Below the pieces are notes generated by a model, which did not search any database, was not told where the DNA came from, and was given only the letters and a program-made list of their open reading frames with translations. DNA of 64,000 bases, taken from contig JANRLW010000006.1 in the NCBI GenBank assembly GCA_033762295.1, positions 32,001 to 96,000 on the forward strand. Reading direction: 5' to 3'. The DNA is from Capsulimonadales bacterium. Lineage in GTDB: Bacteria > Armatimonadota > Armatimonadia > Armatimonadales > Armatimonadaceae. The translations under genes were made by a program, and so were the position numbers. Shown one piece after another: positions 1 through 9,927 of the stretch. The first letter of the stretch is position 1; each line of letters begins with the position of its first letter.

Positions 1-494
1 ACGGTCAGGTAAATGTCCGGCCATCCGTCGTTGTCATAGTCGCCGACCGCCGCCCCCATGCCATAGTCGCTGGTGGTCAGGCCCGCCTTTTCGGTGACGT
101 CGCGGAACGTACCGTCGCCTTTATTTTCGTACAGGGCGTGACGTGGAAGCGGGCCGGTGGGCTTTCCGCCATCGAGCGGTCTTCCATTGATCAGGAGTAT
201 GTCCAAGAGGCCGTCGTTGTTGTAGTCCAGGAAGCCGCCGCCGCCGCCGACGGTCTCCGGCAGATACTTTCTTCCGGTCCGGCAGGGATCGTACTTCCAA
301 CGAATCCCCGCCTTTTCGGTGACATCCGTGAAACGCGGTGGAGCGACTTCCGGGGTAACTGCCTGACCGGAAGGTACGGGAACGGAGGGTACGGGAACGG
401 AGGTTTCGCTCTTCGGGGAGGAGAGACACCCGGCGAGGAGTAGCGGGGCCATCGGCCAGAGGAAACGGCGTTCGGAGCGGGACAGGCGGAACAT
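1..494 (-). CDS. CRTAC1/ASPIC-UnbV (FG-GAP repeat) family lipoprotein, runs off window start
   Basis: Not in the ORF track; manual translation from ATG 494 gives MFRLSRSERRFLWPMAPLLLAGC (lipobox)...FTDVTEKAGI...ETVGGGGGFLDYNNDGLLDI...LYENKGDGTFRDVTEKAGL...GMGAAVGDYDNDGWPDIY. Confidence 0.85.
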   Translation of the reverse strand, partial: MFRLSRSERRFLWPMAPLLLAGCLSSPKSETSVPVPSVPVPSGQAVTPEVAPPRFTDVTEKAGIRWKYDPCRTGRKYLPETVGGGGGFLDYNNDGLLDILLINGRPLDGGKPTGPLPRHALYENKGDGTFRDVTEKAGLTTSDYGMGAAVGDYDNDGWPDIYLT

Positions 495-498
495 GGTG

Positions 499-2385
499 CT
501 ACGCTTTCGAGTTCGCCTTCGGGGTGAGTCGGTGCGCTTTGCGCATGGTTTCCAGGGCGAGCAGGAAGTACCCCTCCCGCTTATAGACCGCCGCCAGCGA
601 ACGCCACACCGCCGGGTCCTTCGGGGCGAGTTCGGTGGCGCGGCGGAAGGCGCAAAGGGCGATCCAGTTTTCCCGGCGGCGCAACGCCATTTCGCCCAGT
701 TCCTTCCATTCGGCCAGTGGACGGTCCTGACGCAGCGCCTTCAGCAATACGGGCCAGCGTTGTTTGCGCTCGCGTATCTCCTGGTATCGTTTCGCATGAA
801 AACTCGCCTCCGCCGGTTTCTTTTCCTTCCCGTAGATTTTCACCAGCGTGGCATGCGGTGTGCCCTCCTGGACATCCGGCGAGAGCGAGAGAGCACGGAG
901 CAAAGCCTCCTTTGCCTTTTCCGGTTCCTTCAGTTCGAAACGCAGCAGTCCGATATGGGATTGCGCCTCGGCGTTGTCGGGTTCGCGCTCTGCCGCCGCC
1001 TCATAGAGCGCGAGGGTTTTCTTCAGGTTTTCCGGGTCGCTTCCCTGTTGCGCCTGCCATTCCGCCCGATAGAGGAACGGGAAAGCGGAGGTGGGCTGCA
1101 CCGTTTCATACTGACGGCTCGCCCGTTCCAGCAGGTCGGGCTTGCCACCGTCCACGGCGATCCGGCAAAGCAGGTTGGCGACCTCCCCCGATTCATCGTT
1201 CGGCGTGACCTTTTCCAGCGCGAGGGCCGATTGCTCCGCTTCGACGAGTTTGTTCTGGCTGAGCAGAACTTCGGCGTTCCGCTTCAGGAAAAACGGGTCG
1301 CGGGGAAACTTTCGCACTGCCTCTTGCGCATAACGCAACGCCGGTTCCGGTTCCTGTCGGCGATAGGCGCTGTTGTGCAGGGCGGCATAGAGTTCCTCCG
1401 TATCTTTGCCGGTGGTTTTCGGCAGGGCCGCCTTCCAGACCGCCTCGGCCTCACGCGGCTTTCCGCCGTAGTACAGAGCGTAGCCACGGGAGATCGCGGC
1501 ATCGACCGGCTTTCGACGCAGAGTCTCCGCCCGTTCGATCAGTTCCCAGTAATCGGCGCGGCGGGTTTCCGCCGGGTTGACATTTTGCAGCAGGGACATG
1601 GCTCGATCCACCTGCTTCGTTTCCAGGAGAGTCCGCCCCAGCCCGATTTTCGCCTCGGTCGGGGGGTTTTGCAGGTTCACCGATTTCAGGTAGATGTCGA
1701 TCGCCTGCGTTCGTTTCCCGGCTCTTTCGAGTGCCAGGCCGAGAAGAAAAGTCGTAAACGCATCGTTCGGGGTCGTTTCGATCGCCTTCGTAAAGAAGGG
1801 CACGGCCGCCTCCGGCCGATCCCGCAATAGTTCGTAGAATCCCTGCAATCCCAGTTGCTCCGGATCGTCGCTTTTCGCGGCGAGCAGCGGGGCGGCCCTT
1901 CCCGTCTCGTCCGCCAGCAGGAGGGTGCGGGTCAGCGTAACACGGTCTTCGGCGGCCAGCGAGGCGGCTTCCGGGATCAAAGGGATCAGCGCCTCGGCGG
2001 CGCGCCGGAAGTCCCCCAGTTTGAAGTGGAGACGGGAAAGAGCGAGGCGCAGATCGGGCGTGTCCTTTTTCGGAAGATTCGCTTCGAGTTCGGCCGTTGC
2101 CTCTTCAAAAAGCCCCACACGGGCGTAAAGATCGGCAAGGGCGCGGGTATCGGATTCCGAGCAGATTTCGCTCCGGCAGAGGAGTGTCCGTTGTTCGATC
2201 GCCCCGAAGGTTAAGCCGTTGTTTTGGTACTGTTCGGCGAGATCACGGCGAGGGATGCCTGTCGCCGTCGCAACGGGGGGAGTTGCGGAAACCGGGGCCT
2301 TTGCGTTCGGGGTAAAGGCGCATCCGCCCGAGAGCAAGGCGGGAAACAGAACGAGGAAAGCCAATTTTCGGCTGGTGACCGCCAT
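499..2385 (-). CDS. Tetratricopeptide-repeat protein, probable lipoprotein
   Basis: Many TPR-like helices (e.g. LGLALERAGKRTQAIDIY, AFRRATELAPKDPAVWRSLA). Signal peptide/lipobox LLSGGC follows MAVTSRK (start 2385 preferred over 2451). Confidence 0.8.
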   Translation of the reverse strand: MAVTSRKLAFLVLFPALLSGGCAFTPNAKAPVSATPPVATATGIPRRDLAEQYQNNGLTFGAIEQRTLLCRSEICSESDTRALADLYARVGLFEEATAELEANLPKKDTPDLRLALSRLHFKLGDFRRAAEALIPLIPEAASLAAEDRVTLTRTLLLADETGRAAPLLAAKSDDPEQLGLQGFYELLRDRPEAAVPFFTKAIETTPNDAFTTFLLGLALERAGKRTQAIDIYLKSVNLQNPPTEAKIGLGRTLLETKQVDRAMSLLQNVNPAETRRADYWELIERAETLRRKPVDAAISRGYALYYGGKPREAEAVWKAALPKTTGKDTEELYAALHNSAYRRQEPEPALRYAQEAVRKFPRDPFFLKRNAEVLLSQNKLVEAEQSALALEKVTPNDESGEVANLLCRIAVDGGKPDLLERASRQYETVQPTSAFPFLYRAEWQAQQGSDPENLKKTLALYEAAAEREPDNAEAQSHIGLLRFELKEPEKAKEALLRALSLSPDVQEGTPHATLVKIYGKEKKPAEASFHAKRYQEIRERKQRWPVLLKALRQDRPLAEWKELGEMALRRRENWIALCAFRRATELAPKDPAVWRSLAAVYKREGYFLLALETMRKAHRLTPKANSKA

Positions 2386-2457
2386 CCGTTTTGATTGTAT
2401 CAGGGCCTTCCCTGCCCGTCCATTCGGGCGAGCAGGGGTTGCAGCTACCACCGGGAC

Positions 2458-2691
2458 TCAGTCGGTTTTGATCTGGTCCGGAGGAACGCCGGCGGCCTGC
2501 TGCTGTTGAATTTTCTTGTAGATTTCGGCATCTTTCGAACGTCGTTCGATGTACTTTCGTTGACCTTCCGCTCCCTGCAGGGGAGTGTAATTCGGATCAG
2601 TGAAGAAGGTCTTAAAAGCGAAGAATCCGACGACACCCAGAATGACGACAATCGCCCCGATAATTACACCGGGATGGATTTCTTTCTTCAT
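2458..2691 (-). CDS. Small single-TM protein downstream of DUF1559 gene
   Basis: 77 aa, N-terminal hydrophobic helix GVIIGAIVVILGVVGFFAF, GGAG RBS upstream, co-oriented with neighbours. Confidence 0.75.
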   Translation of the reverse strand: MKKEIHPGVIIGAIVVILGVVGFFAFKTFFTDPNYTPLQGAEGQRKYIERRSKDAEIYKKIQQQQAAGVPPDQIKTD

Positions 2692-2710
2692 GAGAATGCT
2701 CCGGAAGAGA

Positions 2711-2743
2711 CCTCCCCGGTTTTCACGGGTGAAACCGGGGAGG
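2711..2743 (-). terminator. Intra-operon stem-loop (terminator or mRNA-stabilising hairpin)
   Basis: cctccccggtt ttcac gg gtgaa accggggagg inverted repeat just after the DUF1559 stop. Confidence 0.55.
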
Positions 2744-2754
2744 CGATGCTCTGC

Positions 2755-3633
2755 CTACGGGCAGCGGTCGAGACCGCCGAAGTCGCTGGCCAGCGCTTCG
2801 GGGTCGGTCACGAACTTGTAGTTCCAGATGCCCGGCTGCGGCGGGTTGGCGCAGATGTTGCCATGCGGCAGACCGAGGATCGCACGACCGCCACGATCGT
2901 CATCGTTCCCCGGGCCAAGGCCACGGTCGTTGTACCACTTGGCATGACCGTCGGCGAAGGCGATGTTGGTCCCCTGGTTGTGCGGGCGATAGAAGTCGTT
3001 CCACTTGGAGGATCGAGCGTTCGAACCACGACCGGCGTTCAGGTCATAACCGGCGCGGATACGACCGGATTCGCCGATCACGCCGCTGTTGGCCGGGAAT
3101 TCGATGGAGGCCAGGGACGACATGCTGGCTTCGACGTTATACCAGTAGGAGATCGGCCGCTGTCCCGGATTGGTGACGGTATTGGCCGGTCCGGGAACGT
3201 CCCAGGTCGGGCCGTTGGTAGCGGAGTTGTTGGCGGACGGGCAGGCCCAGACCGCGTAGTTTTTGATGTAGGGCATCAGGCGGGCGGCGAAGGTCGCTTC
3301 CCCGTTCGGGCCGATACAGGGCCAGCCCATGCATCCGGCGTACGGATTGTTGGACATATAGCTGGCGCCGTTGTCGTACTGGCCGTTGGCGTTCCGCCAG
3401 GAGAAAAATAAGGCTACACCACCGGGCACGAACAGTTCGTCGTAGTCCTGGTTGTACATGTACAGCGCAAGACCGATCTGCTTGACGTTGGAAAGGCAGG
3501 TGGTCTGGCGAGCCTTTTCGCGGGCCTGGGCGAAGACCGGGAAAAGGATGGCGGCGAGGATCGCGATGATGGCGATGACGACGAGCAGTTCAATCAGCGT
3601 GAACGCACGGCGGGAGTGTCGGGTACGAGACAT
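2755..3633 (-). CDS. Prepilin-type N-terminal cleavage/methylation DUF1559 protein with H-X9-DG motif (#1)
   Basis: [46 protein letters not shown]-terminal [27 protein letters not shown]. Confidence 0.93.
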   Translation of the reverse strand: MSRTRHSRRAFTLIELLVVIAIIAILAAILFPVFAQAREKARQTTCLSNVKQIGLALYMYNQDYDELFVPGGVALFFSWRNANGQYDNGASYMSNNPYAGCMGWPCIGPNGEATFAARLMPYIKNYAVWACPSANNSATNGPTWDVPGPANTVTNPGQRPISYWYNVEASMSSLASIEFPANSGVIGESGRIRAGYDLNAGRGSNARSSKWNDFYRPHNQGTNIAFADGHAKWYNDRGLGPGNDDDRGGRAILGLPHGNICANPPQPGIWNYKFVTDPEALASDFGGLDRCP

Positions 3634-4672
3634 AAAAGACTCCTTGATTCAAAGAAATCGACGATGAGACGCTGGGTATGATCTACTTTCCGCCAGTGAA
3701 GGGCACGTCGCGTCCGGCCTTCTTATTTTTTGAGATTGATTTTGACGATCTGCGGCGTGGTTCGTCCCCCCTATTCCGTCAGGCGAGGGGGTATGGCAGG
3801 GATTCCGGAAGAGGAAGGTCGCCCTTCCGACGGTAACGACAGGGGTGGCGATGAAAAGGTTGAAGCTTCCCTCTGTTTTCACCTGGTCCTCCGTCGTACG
3901 GGCTTTTCGAAACCCGCGTTATCAATGTAATGATGGCAAAGATGTCAAGGTCCGAAACGCCGGTGACTTCGGACGAGCCGGTTCGAAATAATCACAGAAA
4001 ACCAACCGAACTGATGGTTCGTTCCGGTTGGTTTCGAACCCGCGGAAATTGTAACACGGTGGCTTTAAGCCTGTCAATAGGCCCGTAACCGAAATGGTCC
4101 TCGGTATTTTTGGTATGAAATGGTTCGCCGACTGTAAGTTTCGGTTTAACGCGAAAAACGGCATTTCCATTACGGTTCGCGAACGGATTTCGTGATAGTA
4201 TGAAGACGAATTGGACGGTACTCCTCAGGAGGAAAGGCGACCTCGCTCCTCACGGTTGGTCTTTTGCTTCGGTTTGTGAATTTCAGGAAACCGAAATTGT
4301 CGGTTTCTCCGTACCTTTAGTATTCCATCCTCTGCCGGGGTCGCTCCGGCAGGAACGCAAAGCGTTCCGTGAACAGATGGAGAAGCGATGCATGGCGGCA
4401 TCCTTCCGATCGGACGTCGGTGGCACGGTTCGGGGCGGCCCCAGAAGATGGCAGCCGTTCTCCGCAGCGAATCTCGGGGTTCGCGTGGGGACGGAGGCGC
4501 ATTTTCCGGGGCCGTTCGTGTCCCGGAAGTCCGCATGCGGACCGAAGGCAACCTGCGGTGGTCCGTACGTGGAACCGTGGTGTCCTGCTACGGGCGAACG
4601 ACGAGGGGAGAAGGCCTGGCAGACCTTCGTCGGATCCCATGTTCTGCCGGGAAAGGGTTTCAGGAAGAGCCT

Positions 4673-6601
4673 ATGGCACTGTTCGATGTCCTCAAAGCCG
4701 CTAATGAATTGCGCCAGCAGGAGGACAAACTCCGCTGGGACGGTACTTTCGCCGACTACCTGGAGATCGTCAAACGTAATCCCAAAGTCGCCGACCTCGC
4801 GCACGCCCGTGTCTACGACATGCTTCTTTCGGCGGGCGTCGAGGAGCAAGTCGACGGTCGGCGGACCTATCGATTCTTTGAGGGCGAAATCTTCGGCCTG
4901 GAAAAGACGCTGACGCAACTGGTCGAGGAGTACTTCTCCCCCGCTTCGCGCCGTCTCGATATCCGCAAACGGATTCTAATGCTCGTCGGACCGGTGGGCG
5001 GCGGCAAGTCAACCCTGGTCACCCTGATCAAAAAGGGAATGGAAAAGTATTCGCGTTCCGAGGACGGCGCGATTTACGCGATCAAGGGATGCCCGATGCA
5101 CGAAGAACCGCTCCACCTGATCCCCGAGGAGATTCGCGAGGACTTCCGCAAGGAGTATGGCGTCTACATCGAGGGCGATCTGTGTCCGGTCTGCCGCTAC
5201 CGCATGGAAAACGAGTGGAAAAGCGACATTTCCCGGGTACCGGTCACCCGAATGATCCTCTCCGAGCGAGATCGCAAGGGAATCGGCACCTTCAAGCCCG
5301 CCGATCCGAAATCCCAGGATGTCGCCGAACTCACCGGCAGCGTCAACATCCAGGCCCTGGCCGAACTCGGGAACGAATCCGATCCGCGTGTCTACAATTT
5401 CGACGGAGAACTCAACATCGCCAACCGTGGCGTCATGGAGTTTATCGAAATGCTCAAAGCGGAGAAACGGTTCCTCTACGAACTGAATACCGTGGCGGGA
5501 GAACAACGGATCAAGGCGTCCCGATTTGCCCTGATTTATGCCGACCTCTGCGTTCTCGCCCATACCAACGAGTTCGAATACAACTCCTACTTCGGGAACA
5601 AAGAGAACGAGGCGATGATCGACCGGATCTTCGTCGTCAAGGTCCCCTACAACCTGCGCCTTTCCCAGGAGATTCGAATCTACGAAAAACTGATCGGGCA
5701 GTCCCAGTTATCGGAGGATCGAATCGATCTCAACCAGGTACATATCGCGCCCTATACCCTGCGAGTCGCCGCCATGTTCGCCATTCTTTCGCGACTGAAG
5801 CCGTCAAAGAAGGCGGGGGTGACGCTGATGACCAAACTCAAACTTTACGATGGCGAAAAGCAGGTCGGCGACTGGGACCAGAAGCATGTCCGTGAGTTGT
5901 CGGAGGAGTTTCAGGACGAGGGAATGAACGGGGTCTCCCCCCGATTCGTCATGAACCGACTGTCCGCCGCCCTGGTTCGGGGCAACAAGAGCGTCATCAC
6001 GCCGATCGATGTTCTGCGGTCGGTGCGCGACGGACTGCAGGAGATCGCGTCGAGCGAGGAGGAGTATCGCCGTCTCCTGGGATTCATCGATGAAACTCGC
6101 AAGGACTACGACGAAATCGCCAAAAAGGAGGTCCAGCGAGCGTTCGTCTACTCCTACGAACAGTCGGCCAAAACGCTTCTTGACAACTATCTCGACAATG
6201 TCGACGCCTATGCCAACAAAACCAAAATCAAGGACCCGATTACCGGCGAGGATGTTGAGCATGATGAGCGGTTGATGCGTTCGATCGAGGAACAGATCGG
6301 AATCTCCGAGAACGCCAAGCGGGAGTTCCGCGAAGGCATCATGCGCTCGGTCGCATCGGTCGCGCGGCGCGGCGGAACGTTCGGCGTCGGTTCCGACGAA
6401 CGCCTGAAGGAAGCGCTGGAGAAAAAACTGTTTGCCGACCTGAAGGACATCGTGAAGATCACGACGTCGACCAAAACGCCGGATGCCGACCAGCTAAAGC
6501 GGATCAATGAGGTGGTCGAGCGGCTCTGTACGAACCACGGCTACAATCCGATCTCGGCGAACGAACTTCTGCGCTACGTCGGCACGTTGCTCAACCGTTA
6601 A
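4673..6601 (+). CDS. prkA: PrkA/YeaG family AAA+ serine protein kinase
   Basis: Walker A GPVGGGKST, CPMHEEPL, FDGELNIANRG, GVSPRF; start MALFDV at 4673 (ORF-track 5' extension unlikely). Confidence 0.93.
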   Translation: MALFDVLKAANELRQQEDKLRWDGTFADYLEIVKRNPKVADLAHARVYDMLLSAGVEEQVDGRRTYRFFEGEIFGLEKTLTQLVEEYFSPASRRLDIRKRILMLVGPVGGGKSTLVTLIKKGMEKYSRSEDGAIYAIKGCPMHEEPLHLIPEEIREDFRKEYGVYIEGDLCPVCRYRMENEWKSDISRVPVTRMILSERDRKGIGTFKPADPKSQDVAELTGSVNIQALAELGNESDPRVYNFDGELNIANRGVMEFIEMLKAEKRFLYELNTVAGEQRIKASRFALIYADLCVLAHTNEFEYNSYFGNKENEAMIDRIFVVKVPYNLRLSQEIRIYEKLIGQSQLSEDRIDLNQVHIAPYTLRVAAMFAILSRLKPSKKAGVTLMTKLKLYDGEKQVGDWDQKHVRELSEEFQDEGMNGVSPRFVMNRLSAALVRGNKSVITPIDVLRSVRDGLQEIASSEEEYRRLLGFIDETRKDYDEIAKKEVQRAFVYSYEQSAKTLLDNYLDNVDAYANKTKIKDPITGEDVEHDERLMRSIEEQIGISENAKREFREGIMRSVASVARRGGTFGVGSDERLKEALEKKLFADLKDIVKITTSTKTPDADQLKRINEVVERLCTNHGYNPISANELLRYVGTLLNR

Positions 6602-6747
6602 GGCGAGCGTGGGTCCGGTCCCGTCGGCTCTTCCCCGCGTCGCGGGCGCATTGGCGGGAACCCGGAGACCGCTCCGATCGAACCATCTTCGGACAGGGAA
6701 CCGTCAGGAGCGTCGTGAACGAGTTCGGTTTCCCTTCCGGGGGAAGT

Positions 6748-7365
6748 ATGGAGTTTTTTCCGAGCCCGGCGGAGTGGGCGAAAATTTTTCTACCCGAATC
6801 CGGCATCGGTGAACGGATTCTCCGACCGACCGTCGTTTATCTCGTCCTGCTCCTGGCCTTACGGATGTCCGGCAAGCGGGAGATCGGGCAGCTCAGTCCG
6901 TTCGATTTTCTGATTGTGGTGCTGATTGCCGACGCCGTGCAGAACGGAATGGTCGGCGACGATACCTCGTTGCTCGGGAACCTGATTCCCGCACTGACGC
7001 TGATCGGCCTGTCGGTGATCTTCGACCGGATCACGTTCCGATCGGAAAAGGCGGCGCGGGTGGTCGAAGGGCAGCCCTCGCTTTTGATTTATGAAGGTCG
7101 GTTGATCGAGGAGAACTGCCGCCGGGAAACGGTGGCGCGTGAGGAATTGATGGCAACCCTGCGAAAGCACGGAATCGCCAGTTTGCGGGAGGTCCGATTT
7201 GCCGTTTTGGAAACCGCCGGGAATGTCAGTGTGATCCGTTCCGACGCACCGATTCCGGGTTCGGAGGACGATACGGTTTCCGAGATGATTTACGAACAGG
7301 TCCGGAAGGCGGACCTTCGCGACCGGTATGATCCCCCGAGGGGAAGCGACAAACAGAATGACTGA
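6748..7365 (+). CDS. DUF421/YetF family membrane protein
   Basis: LRMSGKREIGQLSPFDF, three TM helices, EGQPSLLIYEG, AVLETAGNVSVI. Confidence 0.88.
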   Translation: MEFFPSPAEWAKIFLPESGIGERILRPTVVYLVLLLALRMSGKREIGQLSPFDFLIVVLIADAVQNGMVGDDTSLLGNLIPALTLIGLSVIFDRITFRSEKAARVVEGQPSLLIYEGRLIEENCRRETVAREELMATLRKHGIASLREVRFAVLETAGNVSVIRSDAPIPGSEDDTVSEMIYEQVRKADLRDRYDPPRGSDKQND

Positions 7366-8566
7366 TCCATATTCGTTATCGACCGATACCTGGGACCTCC
7401 ATCGCCGCGCGGAGCGCGACCGCTCCCGTCACAACGAAAAGGTCCGTGAGGTCATTAAAAAGAGCCTGAGTGATGTGATCGCGAACGAAGACATCATTAC
7501 GGCCGATAAAAACAAGATCGTCAAAATCCCCGTCCGGGGTCTGGAACTGCCGCACATCCGTTTCGATCCGAACGATCGGGAGCGGGTCGGCCAGGGCCAG
7601 GGCGACACGAAACCCGGCGATGTCATCGCTCGCGCCCCGGCTCAGAAAGGCCCCGGCAAGGGCAAGGAGGCAGGACAGGAACCCGGCCAGGATTTTTACG
7701 AGGCCGAGTTCACCGTGGACGAACTCGCCCGAATGGTCTTTGAAGACCTGCACCTGCCGAATCTGGAGGACCGGGGCGCAAAACAGATTCCGTCCGATAT
7801 CCTCGATTTCAATTCCGTGGCGCGGCGCGGACTGGTCGCCAATCTGGACCGGAAACGCACGATTCTTGAAGCGATGCGACGGAACGCTCGTGAAGCCGGC
7901 CGGAGTTCCGAACTTTCCGAGTCCTCGGGTGATGTAAACAGCCGCCCGAAACTGATCATTCGGGAAGAGGACAAACGGTTCAAAACCTGGGAGATCGTCA
8001 CCGAACCGCAGCGGAACGCCGTGATCTTCGCCATGCGCGACGTCTCCGGATCGATGGGTGAGTTCGAGGCGTACATCTGCCGTTCGTTCTACTTCTGGAT
8101 GCTCCGATTCCTGCGAACGAAATATACGAACTGCGAGATCGTCTTTATCACCTGCCATACCGAGGCGAAGGAGGTCGATGAGGCCCGCTTCTTCTCCCTG
8201 GGCGATTCCGGCGGCACCCGCATGTCCTCCGCCTATTCGCTATGTATCGATATCATCAACAAGCGATACAATCCCCGTGAGTGGAACATCTACCCGTTCC
8301 TCTTCTCGGACGGGTACAACTGGGGCGACCAGGAGTGCGTCCAACTGGTCCGACGACTGCTCGGGATCGTAAATCTGATCGGTTACGGCGAAATCGGCAG
8401 CGAAGGCTGGCAATCGTCGTTCGGTTTCGCCCCGCTCGGTCAGGCGTACGAGGATGCGTTCGCGAATGATCGCCGGGTCGTGCTCGTCAAGATCAACGAT
8501 AAGGACGACGTCTGGCCGGCGCTCCAGAAATTCTTCTCGGGTAAACCGGCTTCGGTAACACGTTAA
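7358..8566 (+). CDS. yhbH: YeaH/YhbH (DUF444) vWA-like protein
   Basis: MRDVSGSM MIDAS-like motif, SGGTRMSSAY, WNIYPFLFSDGYNW; lies between prkA and spoVR. Confidence 0.92.
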   Translation: MTDPYSLSTDTWDLHRRAERDRSRHNEKVREVIKKSLSDVIANEDIITADKNKIVKIPVRGLELPHIRFDPNDRERVGQGQGDTKPGDVIARAPAQKGPGKGKEAGQEPGQDFYEAEFTVDELARMVFEDLHLPNLEDRGAKQIPSDILDFNSVARRGLVANLDRKRTILEAMRRNAREAGRSSELSESSGDVNSRPKLIIREEDKRFKTWEIVTEPQRNAVIFAMRDVSGSMGEFEAYICRSFYFWMLRFLRTKYTNCEIVFITCHTEAKEVDEARFFSLGDSGGTRMSSAYSLCIDIINKRYNPREWNIYPFLFSDGYNWGDQECVQLVRRLLGIVNLIGYGEIGSEGWQSSFGFAPLGQAYEDAFANDRRVVLVKINDKDDVWPALQKFFSGKPASVTR

Positions 8567-8576
8567 GGAGGCAAGT

Positions 8577-8825
8577 ATGGCAGCCAGAGTTAAAATATTT
8601 CAAACAAACCCCTACCAAACCGGTGGGCCGATCGCCACGGAACTGGAACAAAGTATCAATGAATGGCTGGAAGCCAACCCCGCCCTTCGAATCGTTCACG
8701 CCCAGACCTGCGCCCTTCCGCCGTCGACGACGGAAAGCCAGCCTGCCGGTACCGTTCTATGCATGGTCTTTTATGTGGATTCCCGAACGGATGGCGATCG
8801 AAGGGCCGGGTTCCTGCGCGATTAG
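8577..8825 (+). CDS. Small protein resembling Cse60/DUF2758 family
   Basis: Strong AAGGAGG RBS; pattern VKIF...LEQSINEWL...I...CMVFY. Confidence 0.55.
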   Translation: MAARVKIFQTNPYQTGGPIATELEQSINEWLEANPALRIVHAQTCALPPSTTESQPAGTVLCMVFYVDSRTDGDRRAGFLRD

Positions 8826-8847
8826 GACGCCGTTCTCGCCCGATTCG

Positions 8848-9909
8848 GTGCCATCTCCGACGTCATCAAGCCCGGAGCGACCGAACCGCCGTTCGCTTCG
8901 GGTCGCCATGGCCGTTCCCTGGCCGGAACGGGGAAACTGGGTCTGGGAGTATCTGCCTTCCGATGCGGACTGCGCGGGCACCATTTTGCCCGCCGTATCG
9001 GCGGTCCGATCGGTCGCTCACCGGACCCTCCCCCCGTATTTGCGGGAGTTCGCGGCGTTGTGGCCGCAACGGCATCGTCTGCAGGACGTTGATGTCCTGT
9101 TCGCCTGGGAACTGCGCACGACCCTGGCGCTGGCGGTCCTGCGACGCCGGTACGGAAAAGGCGGCCCGAAACTGGTCTCGGTCGCGCCCATTTTCAAAGG
9201 CCCCGTCCTGACCGCATTGCCCGCGATTCGCCCCCTGCTCAGTGAAATCGACCGGTTTCTGTGCGCGGCGTCCGCCGAGTGCGACCATTATTCGTCCCTG
9301 CTTCGGCTGCCGCGGACGCGTTTCGCCTTCGAACCGCTCGCCTGGTTGCCGAACGAGGAACCGGTCTTCGAGCATCGCGGGTTCGCCCTGGCTCTGGGGC
9401 GGTCCAACCGGGATTATTCGCTCCTGTTGAAGGCGGTCGAGGGAACCGGGATTCCGCTGACCATCGTCTCCGGGAACGACCGATTCATAAGGAACCGACC
9501 TCTTCCGAACGGGGTCACGGTTCGCTGTAATACAGGGCACGAGGAGACGGCTTCCCTGGTGGCCGACGCCATGTTTCATATCATTCCGCTGGTCGCTCAG
9601 TCGTATTCCTCGGGGACGACCGTCCTGCTCCGCGCCATGGCACGGGGGAAAGCCGTGATTCTGACCGACACCACCGGTTCACGCGACTACGTCCGTTCCG
9701 GGGAGAACGGGATTCTGGTTCCTCCCGGCGATGTCGACGCCCTGCGGCAGGAGATGGTCCGGTTGGCCACCGACACGGATTTGAGACGACGTCTCGGTGA
9801 GGCGGCCGCCCGGACCGTTCGGGAGAGATTTCACTTTCACGGGTTCGCGTCCGCTCTGTTGCGGGTCGCCCGGGAATTGACCAACGATGCGCCGCACACG
9901 GCGCGGTAA
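8848..9909 (+). CDS. Glycosyltransferase family 4 (GT-B)
   Basis: GRSNRDY, SSGTTVLLRAMARGKAVI, ENGILVPPGDVDAL; start uncertain (GTG 8848 or ATG 8908). Confidence 0.85.
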   Translation: MPSPTSSSPERPNRRSLRVAMAVPWPERGNWVWEYLPSDADCAGTILPAVSAVRSVAHRTLPPYLREFAALWPQRHRLQDVDVLFAWELRTTLALAVLRRRYGKGGPKLVSVAPIFKGPVLTALPAIRPLLSEIDRFLCAASAECDHYSSLLRLPRTRFAFEPLAWLPNEEPVFEHRGFALALGRSNRDYSLLLKAVEGTGIPLTIVSGNDRFIRNRPLPNGVTVRCNTGHEETASLVADAMFHIIPLVAQSYSSGTTVLLRAMARGKAVILTDTTGSRDYVRSGENGILVPPGDVDALRQEMVRLATDTDLRRRLGEAAARTVRERFHFHGFASALLRVARELTNDAPHTAR

Positions 9910-9927
9910 GGAAGCAGGCTATTCAAT

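Noticed and set aside
373..402. 15-bp tandem repeat ggtacgggaacggag x2
   Set aside because: Encodes a Pro/Ser/Val linker in the lipoprotein; two copies only, not CRISPR-like.
493..1830. Long antisense/alternate-frame ORFs (also 18957-20540, 35340-36887, 47625-49178, 39969-41393)
   Set aside because: Shadow ORFs of well-supported genes in high-GC DNA; no recognisable motifs.
4388..4672. 95-aa N-terminal extension of PrkA suggested by the ORF track
   Set aside because: Low-complexity sequence with no homology signal; ATG 4673 fits the family start.
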